From the human T2T-CHM13v2.0 reference genome, Homo sapiens: 64,000 nt of DNA. Below, in pieces: positions 55,782 to 64,000 of the stretch. Location: NCBI RefSeq assembly GCF_009914755.1, contig NC_060940.1; one strand, 5' to 3'. The stretch's first letter is position 1. Each line of letters starts with the position of its first letter. The notes under the pieces were generated by a model. The model searched no databases and was not told where the DNA came from. It worked only from the letters and a program-made list of their open reading frames with translations. A program made the translations under genes and the position numbers.

Positions 55782-56722
55782 GTGTGTGTTTCTCTCGGAC
55801 GTCCCCCAGTATGATTCAGTGATTCCTTTGTAATACCTCAGTGCCCCTGGCTCTGTGGTTTTGACAGAGCTGTAGTCCCAGCTGCTGCCACAGTCCCATC
55901 GGCGCATGGCAGCTTCTCTCCATTGGCCGATGAGCACCAGCTGTCATTCTCCGAGCGCCTGCTGCATGCTGGGCACCTCACGTTTATTTTCTTCTCCAGG
56001 TGTTGTGGTTTCCCTGTGTGGTAGCATGATAATCCCTGAATTGTGAGTGCAGACTGCCCATGGGCACAGCTGGTACACAGCAGGGTAGGGGCATGGACCC
56101 GAGTTTGTCAGACTCTGGGGCACAGACCATTTCCCAACAAACAGTGGTGCCAGGAAACCCCCCGGGTAGGACAGTTTCCATATTTCTTACACAGACTACT
56201 TCAGACCTGGGTGCTTGCTCTTTCTTTGTATAAAGATGTCTTTTTTTTTTCCCTGTCAGATGGCAGATGGGAAAAGTCGTTCCTTGAGTACTGGTCACCT
56301 GCCTAGCACTTTGCGCACCGTAGGCCCTTCGGCCCTCCCAATAGTCCTGTGAGGAAGTAGTACTGTGCCCTTTCTGTGAGTGCAAAACTGAGGCTGTTTT
56401 TCTGGGCCACCCAGCAGGCAGAAGGGGGAGATCACGTCCTGCACTGGGCCACAGGCCAAGGCAGCGGGTGAGGCTGAAATCCGCCCGCTGCTCACTGGCT
56501 AGAGCAGACACTCAGCAGAAAAGGCACCTCTTCCACCATGACTCTGCACCCGGGCAGCAGTGGGCCTGAAGCAGGGAGTCTGGTCTGCCTGGTGGTGCCC
56601 ACTGCACCGAGCTACCCCCAGCCCTGTTTCTTCTCTTGAAGTGCCTTTTGGTCAGTCCCAGTGAGAGTTGGTGGCCAGGAGAGAAGGCAATGGGCACAAA
56701 GTGTGCTTTTGTTCTTTCTTAG

Positions 56723-56803
56723 ATCCCAAGGTCCCCTTCAGTTGGTCACAAGAGGAAATTTCTGACCTGTACGATCACACCACCATCCTGTTTGCAGCCG
56801 AAG
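56723..56803 (+). CDS. METTL22: METTL22 exon 8 (81 nt)
   Basis: TTCTTAG|; DPKVPFSWSQEEISDLYDHTTILFAAE; donor G|GTAAGA. Confidence 0.93.
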
Positions 56804-57058
56804 GTAAGAAAATTTCTCCTTCGCCGTACACGTCCTTTGTTGTAGCATGAAGTCAAGTGCAGTCTCTCCTCACTTCCCCCGGGAGTTCCGTTTTAGAAGT
56901 GACTTTCTGGTACATGCCACCACATCTGCAGTTTTAATTCTGGAAGCTGCTGCTGTTCCGTGGTGATAAGCATTCTCTCTGTGCAGATTGCTCTGAAAAG
57001 TCGATTTCTGTAATATTTGCGTGTTTTCCTCTAATGCTGGCCTTTTTGCTTCCCACAG

Positions 57059-57161
57059 TGTTTTACGACGACGACTTGACTGATGCTGTGTTTAAAACGC
57101 TCTCCCGACTCGCCCACAGATTGAAAAATGCCTGCACAGCCATACTGTCGGTGGAGAAGAG
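57059..57161 (+). CDS. METTL22: METTL22 exon 9 (103 nt)
   Basis: CCCACAG|; VFYDDDLTDAVFKTLSRLAHRLKNACTAILSVEK; donor AG|GTGAGC. Confidence 0.93.
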
Positions 57162-58205
57162 GTGAGCTTTGCGCCACGGGAACCGTGCTGACGTCCCGAG
57201 TGTCAGCGGAACTCTCACCTCCTAATTGTGTCCTTGTTAGTGTCATTATGATTGTTACTCAGTGCCACTTATTGAGCACCTACTATGTGCCAGGTCTGTG
57301 CTCATCCTTTGTGTACGTTACTGCACTGAATCTGCATCCTAGCCCTGTGTGCAGGCGCTGCTGTCCCACTTGACTGATGAAGAGAGGAAGGCTGGAAAGC
57401 ATCAGGGGCCTTGGCCAGGGCACGGCTAGTTAGTGATAGACAAGGACTTGAATGCAGACTGTACTGGAACCTCAACTCTTGGCCAGCACACACTGTCGAG
57501 AGCTTCTCTTCCTGAATGTTCTCTCTGTGGTGCCGTCTGTCTCTTCAGCTCCCCCAGGTCTCTTTCTCTTGCTGAATCGGACAGCTCCTCACCCAACAGC
57601 CTCACCCAGACATTTCCACTAGAATATCCTGAAATGTTAGGTTCCATTTATTGAGTGCCCACCTTGTGATAGCTACACACATTCTCCTGTAATACTTAAC
57701 AGTAGTCCACAGCTTTTCTGAAGATCGTTTGGAATCCACAGCAAAAGCTGTAAAACGAAACAGACTTCTTCACCCAGCAATTCAGCATCTGGAAATTCAC
57801 ATTCAGGGTTGTGTACAAAGCTGTATGTACTTGCATATTTATTGCAGTGTTACTTATACCAATAATACCGAGGGCTTGCTTTGAGGCACACACTGAGCAA
57901 TAGCAATGTACAGACCTCATTTGGATCCTGATTTCATAAACTGTAAAGGAAAAACATCAGGACAGTTGGGAAAAGTTGAATACTGAATATTTGATGTTAA
58001 AGGGTGATTGTTAAACTTTAGTTGAAGAGGTCTCCATCTTCTTGAGACACACACTGACATTTCCAACTTCACAGAGGAAATGGGTTGGTGTCTGGCATTT
58101 GCTTTTTAATAACTCAGTGAGGGCAGGGGGCCCCGGGAAGAGCCAAGGTGGCAGAGTGGCTGGAAGTGGACAGTGGCTGAAGCTGGTAATGGGTTCATTA
58201 GACAG

Positions 58206-58549
<344 letters not shown>

Positions 58550-59150
58550 TGATAAAAAAATTTGGAAAGAAAAGGGAAAAAGGCAAAGAGCTTTAATTTC
58601 AAGTGAAACCATCTTGTAGACTAAGGTTTTGAAAGGGAAGTGGCAGGGTTGGGAGACCTGTTTCTGAAGGTGCTCACTCTCTGAAATCTCTCAGACCCCA
58701 GCTTCCCAGCAGTTTTCTCTGTTCTCTGTGCTCCCGGAGTCCTCTGCACCGCCCCCTGCCACTGCCTCTCGTTCATTCATTTCTCAGATAGTTATGCGCA
58801 GCTCCAGGCACCAGATTCTGTGCTGGGTGCAGGCAGGACCTGGAGGGCGTCCTCAAGTGTTGATCTGCAGGACTGTCTTGATCTTTCCAGCAGTGTCATT
58901 GTGGGCACGTGACCTGAGCTTTCTGAGCCTATTTCCACATCTGTAAAGTGCTATCCACTTCCACCTCCTGGGCTGTCGTGCAGATGTAGGAAGGAATTGC
59001 ACTCACACACTCAGCATGAGACAGGCGCTCAGTAAAAGCCCGTCCAGGGGATATGAGATCAGTGAGGGATAGGAAAGCAAGGTGGGCAGAAACAGCAAAA
59101 CCCTTCCCATTGATGATGGCAGTTTGTGCGTCCGGCTGGCTGGTTTGCAG

Positions 59151-59319
59151 GCTCAACTTCACACTGAGACACTTGGACGTCACATGTGAAGCCTACGATC
59201 ACTTCCGCTCCTGCCTGCACGCGCTGGAGCAGCTCACAGATGGCAAGCTGCGCTTCGTGGTGGAGCCCGTGGAGGCCTCCTTCCCACAGCTCCTGGTTTA
59301 CGAGCGCCTCCAGCAGCTG
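59151..59319 (+). CDS. METTL22: METTL22 exon 10 (169 nt)
   Basis: TTTGCAG|; RLNFTLRHLDVTCEAYDHF...FPQLLVYERLQQL; donor CTG|GTAGGT. Confidence 0.93.
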
Positions 59320-60087
59320 GTAGGTCCAGGCCCCGAAGCAGGGCCGTTGGTTGCTTTATTGTGAAGCGGGTGACTCCGGGGCAAAGAGGTGATGAAGCAA
59401 GCCCTCCAAGCACAGGCTCCACCCTAGTCCTGCAGGGGGTGAAGTCTGCGTGCCTGGCACCATCTGTAGTGGAACCTGTTGGGGGAGCTACATCCTGTTC
59501 TTAGCAGCCACCATGTCTGGAGACGGGCCTACAGGCGAACCTTGTCTTTTACTTTATAGCACATATTCCCCCCGTTGGACAGTTCAGACTCCAGAGGAGG
59601 CAAGACCGAGGCAGAGGTTGTTTGGGGAACAGGAAGTCAGTGGAGGGAAGTTTGTGGGTTGCAGATCTTGGTGCAGGCGCCCCGCTGTGGTGGCCGCTGC
59701 TCACATCTTCACTGTGGAAGGATACCAGCCCCTCTCGGACTGAACTGGCTTTTCTATTAACTGGAGTCCAAAGATTGAGAATTAACTTCTTTTGTTCTGT
59801 TTGCCTTTTGGCTGTGGCCTCCCTTTCTCTATGTCTGTGGAGACCCGGGCCTAGTTCTAAGGAAAAAGGGAGGAAGAGGGAGTCACGAGGAGCTGCCGCC
59901 CTCGCACTCTGTCTCGCGTCCTGAGGGAGGGCAGCATGGAATTCGTGTGGTTTTGTGTGCGAGGAGGATCTTGTATTTATTGCTCTGCCACTTCTGGGCA
60001 GCATTAAGAATAGCGTCACGTGACCAAGAACACACATTTCTTACAAATCAGCAGCCCCAATACATGATGCCTAAGATGTCCCAAAAA

Positions 60088-60378
60088 GGCCAGGTACGGT
60101 GGCTCCCACCTGTAATCCCAGCACTCTGGGAGGCCACGGTCGGAGGGTTGCTTGAAGCTAGGAGTTCGAGACCAGCCTGGGCAACACAGACCCTATCTCG
60201 ACAAAAATCAAGAAAAAAATTAGCCACGCGTGGTGGTGCACACCTGTGGTCCCAGCTACTCTGGAAGCTGAGGTGGGAGGATTGCTTGAGCCCAGAAGTT
60301 CAAGGCTGCAGCAAGCTGTGATGGTGCCACTGCACTCCAGACTGGGCAACAGAATGAGATCCTGTCTCTAAAATAAAA
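60088..60378 (+). mobile_element. AluJ (intron 10)
   Basis: Alu consensus, sense. Confidence 0.9.
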
Positions 60379-60580
60379 TTGTTCATAAAGATCTCCCCCA
60401 AAATGGAGAGATATGGCAACTCACTGCTATTCTGGTCTCTTCTGATTGTTTGACATCCTCTGATGCCCCTTCCGTTAATGCTGGGACTTCATCCATCCAG
60501 CCTCTCTGCCACAGTAAAACAGAACAGCCCAGAGCAACAAAGAAAGGAGGAAGCCGCCCGTCCGCTCTTGCCCCAGCTCG

Positions 60581-60700
60581 CCTGCTCCGTGGCTGACATG
60601 TTGTCTAACTACTCTCCTTGCCTGCTCCGTGGCTGACGTGTTGTCTAACTACTCTCCTTGCCTGCTCCGTGGCTGACGTGTTGTCTAACTACTCTCCTTG
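60581..60700. repeat. 40-bp tandem repeat x3 (minisatellite)
   Basis: CCTGCTCCGTGGCTGAC(A/G)TGTTGTCTAACTACTCTCCTTG at 60581, 60621 and 60661; only one mismatch among the copies. Confidence 0.98.
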
Positions 60701-60780
60701 GTGAATCACTTTCCTTAATGAAATTGTGATGCTCTTGTATGTGCACTTCAGAAACCTGTTCTTTTCTCTATTTGCTGCAG

Positions 60781-60816
60781 GAGCTCTGGAAGATCATCGC
60801 AGAACCAGTAACATGA
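60781..60816 (+). CDS. METTL22: METTL22 last coding exon (ELWKIIAEPVT*)
   Basis: Acceptor TTTGCTGCAG|; TGA at 60814-60816. The summed CDS is 1215 nt = 404 aa, a family-16 protein-lysine methyltransferase. Confidence 0.92.
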   Translation, partial: ELWKIIAEPVT

Positions 60817-60868
60817 CCCATCGCCTCCACCAGGCGCGGCGTCTCGACTGTTCTTAGAGTGTATTTCT

Positions 60869-60874
60869 AGTAAA
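60869..60874 (+). terminator. Proximal non-canonical poly(A) signal AGTAAA (candidate)
   Basis: UGUA at 60860 upstream and U/GU-rich sequence at ~60901-60920 downstream. Confidence 0.45.
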
Positions 60875-61404
60875 ATCAGAAGCTCACCAAAGCAACATGC
60901 TTGAGATTTTGTCATTTTAAAAATATGGTTACACGTACCTTAGATGACCCAAGATGGTTTTCTGGGATCTGTCCCTGCCTCCCAGTTGTAGCCAGAGAAG
61001 GTTGTTGCTGTGGGCTGGAGGTCACTTTAGTTGCCTGTTTCTCATGGTTGCGATGTGTGCTCCAGGGTCAAGCCGAGCCACGTTCCTTCTCAGCTCAGTT
61101 CCACCCACGTCAGTCATTTCAGCTGTGTGCTTTACTTGCGGTTGCGGCCCTGGCTGTGAGGTGGATTCTTGTACTGCCCTCTGTCAGCTGTTTACAGATG
61201 GGTTGACTACCACTGCCAGTATTGCCATCATATCGCCGCTCGGCACAAAAGCCTCATTTCCTCCCAGGGTTGGGTATGCTCCACCCCATCACTCTGGTGA
61301 GGGCCCCATGAGAAGGAAAAGGCAGGAGCTGGCGCCAGGAATGGACTGGCATTGGCCTTTGTATTTAATTTTAACTCTTTATCACCCAAATCAGGTACGT
61401 TTGG

Positions 61405-61410
61405 AATAAA
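61405..61410 (+). terminator. Canonical poly(A) signal AATAAA (candidate METTL22 3' end)
   Basis: UGUA at 61360, U-rich upstream, GU-rich downstream. Confidence 0.65.
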
Positions 61411-62124
61411 CCTAAGAGCCACTCTTTGGGGTCATGTGCAGCTGACCAGGGTTTGTGCAGTGATCTTCTTCAGAGGTGTTCCCTTCCGCCTGGACTCATT
61501 TTCCCTCCGCCCCTTGGTCTCTCTGTCTTATCACGTGTGTACATGTCTGTCTGTCTGGTTTTTTATCTTCTCCGTCTGTGCCTCTCTCCTCCCATCTCCA
61601 CCCCTTCCTGTCATCCTCTATGTCCCACTGTCTCTCTCCTTCTCTCCAGTTTTGGTCCCATCTTCCTGCTACCCTTGGCCCTCCCTGCAGCCCCTTCCCC
61701 CTGCCTTGCTGCTGCCGCACACTTTGCACCAGGGCCTTTCATGGCCCCTTTCCACCTCCCTTGCAGCTCAGGTTTCCTGGCTTCTCCATGCACTGTCCCT
61801 GCCCACACTCGCTTCTCCCCAAGCTCCCAGGTTCCATCCCTAGGCCCATCATACCCCTGGCATTGGCTAATCCCTCATGCCAGGGGCCAGGCACTTGCAA
61901 GTCTAACTTCATCTTCCCAACAAATTTAGGAGCTCCGCAGCCTTGTGATACCCACATTTACAGCGGAGAAGACTGAGGTCCAAAAAGGAAAAAGTCTCCA
62001 TGAGGTCAGGGACCTTGTTTGTCTTAAATATCACTACATCCCTGCTGTATGGTCTGGCAAACAGTAGATGCTCAACACATACTGTTGAATGAATTGCTAA
62101 TGTAAGTTACTAATTAGGTCATTA

Positions 62125-62342
62125 TTTCCTATTTGTGAGTGATTTTGCCTCCAGGAACATTTGGCAGTGCCTGGAGACATTTTTGGTGGTCACAAGTAGG
62201 GGAGACGGGTGCCACCAGTATCCAGTGGGTGAGGCCAGAGATGCTGCTGAACGTTCTATAATGCGGTAATGCACGGAACATCCCCCACAACACAAAATGA
62301 TCCAGCCCAAAATGTGAGTAGCGCCGAGGCGGAGAAATCCTG
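62125..62342 (+). mobile_element. MER20 DNA transposon
   Basis: gattttgcctcc...catttggcagtgcctggagacatttttgg...gaggccagagatgctgct...cccaaaatgtgagtagcgccgagg. Confidence 0.8.
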
Positions 62343-62649
62343 ACTTGGAAGAAGAAAGCCAAGTACTTTAGAGAAGAAAAACGGTCTCAGCTGAACCTGT
62401 AGTGAGAGCATGCAGGAGAGTGACCTCACCCTGCCCCTCTGGGAGCAAGAAGAAAACCTATGCATGTACGTTATTATAAATCTTCAAAGAACCTAAAAGG
62501 CAGAAGTGATCCCTATTTTGCACATGAGAAATCCAAAATTCAGAGAGGTTCAGCAACTTGCCCAACATCACACAGCAACCAAGGGCAGAGTCAGGTTTAG
62601 AGCCCATGTCCACCCATGTCCATCTGACTCCTGAGCCTGTGCTTCTCCC

Positions 62650-63567
<918 letters not shown>

Positions 63568-64000
63568 GGCCTACCACATAGCCCTCAACCTATTGCTGTT
63601 TTCTAAAATTCCTACACAAACTCCGTTCCTGACAGACTTGCCATGATGGAGCAGCATTGCAGATCACTACAGGGAATATTAATAATGAGTCTTCAAATCA
63701 GAACCCCACTAGACAGAGCCACCAACTGGCAGTACGTCAGCACTAATGGTGACAATTTCCTAGCACTCCTGGGTACAAGTCCATAAATGTAATTGGCACC
63801 AAGCAATAGAGTTGTCACAGCTTTCACCTGCCACATTAGGGCAAACTGCTTTTATGTCTAAACCACTGGGCCTGAAAGCTTCCTCTAAGTAGAGCCTGGA
63901 ATTAATCTTGATCCACTGTAATTCAAAGTATCGTCAGATTTTCATTTCCCAGAGTGGGAGCGCGCCCCCATTGCCATGTTTTATGGCCTTGTTTGAGCCT

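Noticed and set aside
55021-55822. ORFs rich in HPSI / MDGW
   Set aside because: Translations of the GGAT repeat; only 55728-55781 is a real exon.
60581-60700. CRISPR-like short direct repeats
   Set aside because: The units are head-to-tail with no spacers, there are no cas genes, and the context is eukaryotic: it is a minisatellite.
61352-61976. Three overlapping ~165-aa ORFs after the METTL22 poly(A) signal
   Set aside because: Pyrimidine-rich low-complexity sequence depleted of stops; no domain or splice support.

Overview
Human (primate) genomic DNA, Alu-dense and exon-intron organised. From the protein sequences I recognise it as the TMEM114-METTL22 head-to-head locus (16p13.2, recalled). 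The minus strand carries TMEM114 coding exons 1-2 (4359->4140 and 3814->3734) in a CpG island; the rest of that gene lies left of the window. The plus strand carries the complete METTL22 gene: a CpG-island promoter near 36.2-36.4 kb, a non-coding exon 1, and 10 coding exons that I spliced by hand (all GT-AG) to 1215 nt = 404 aa + stop. The ~31 kb between the genes and the introns are filled with Alu, MIR, L1, L2, MaLR/ERVL LTR and hAT MITE remnants plus several simple repeats. I see no convincing wholly new gene or biological system. The best leads are regulatory hypotheses: (i) a MIR just upstream of the METTL22 promoter with a perfect Pol III B-box, a near A-box and a T4 terminator; (ii) an AG-free 3x40-bp tandem repeat carrying branch-point motifs just before the last METTL22 exon, next to a cryptic acceptor that would give a different C-terminus; (iii) uORFs in METTL22 exon 2 that nested alternative acceptors could include or remove; (iv) a ~1 kb hierarchical (CAC/CAT)n tract upstream of the TMEM114 promoter; (v) an apparent locally templated insertion; (vi) inverted Alus around phase-symmetric exons. 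Repeat family names come from recalled consensus sequences, and repeat boundaries are approximate unless TSDs are given.
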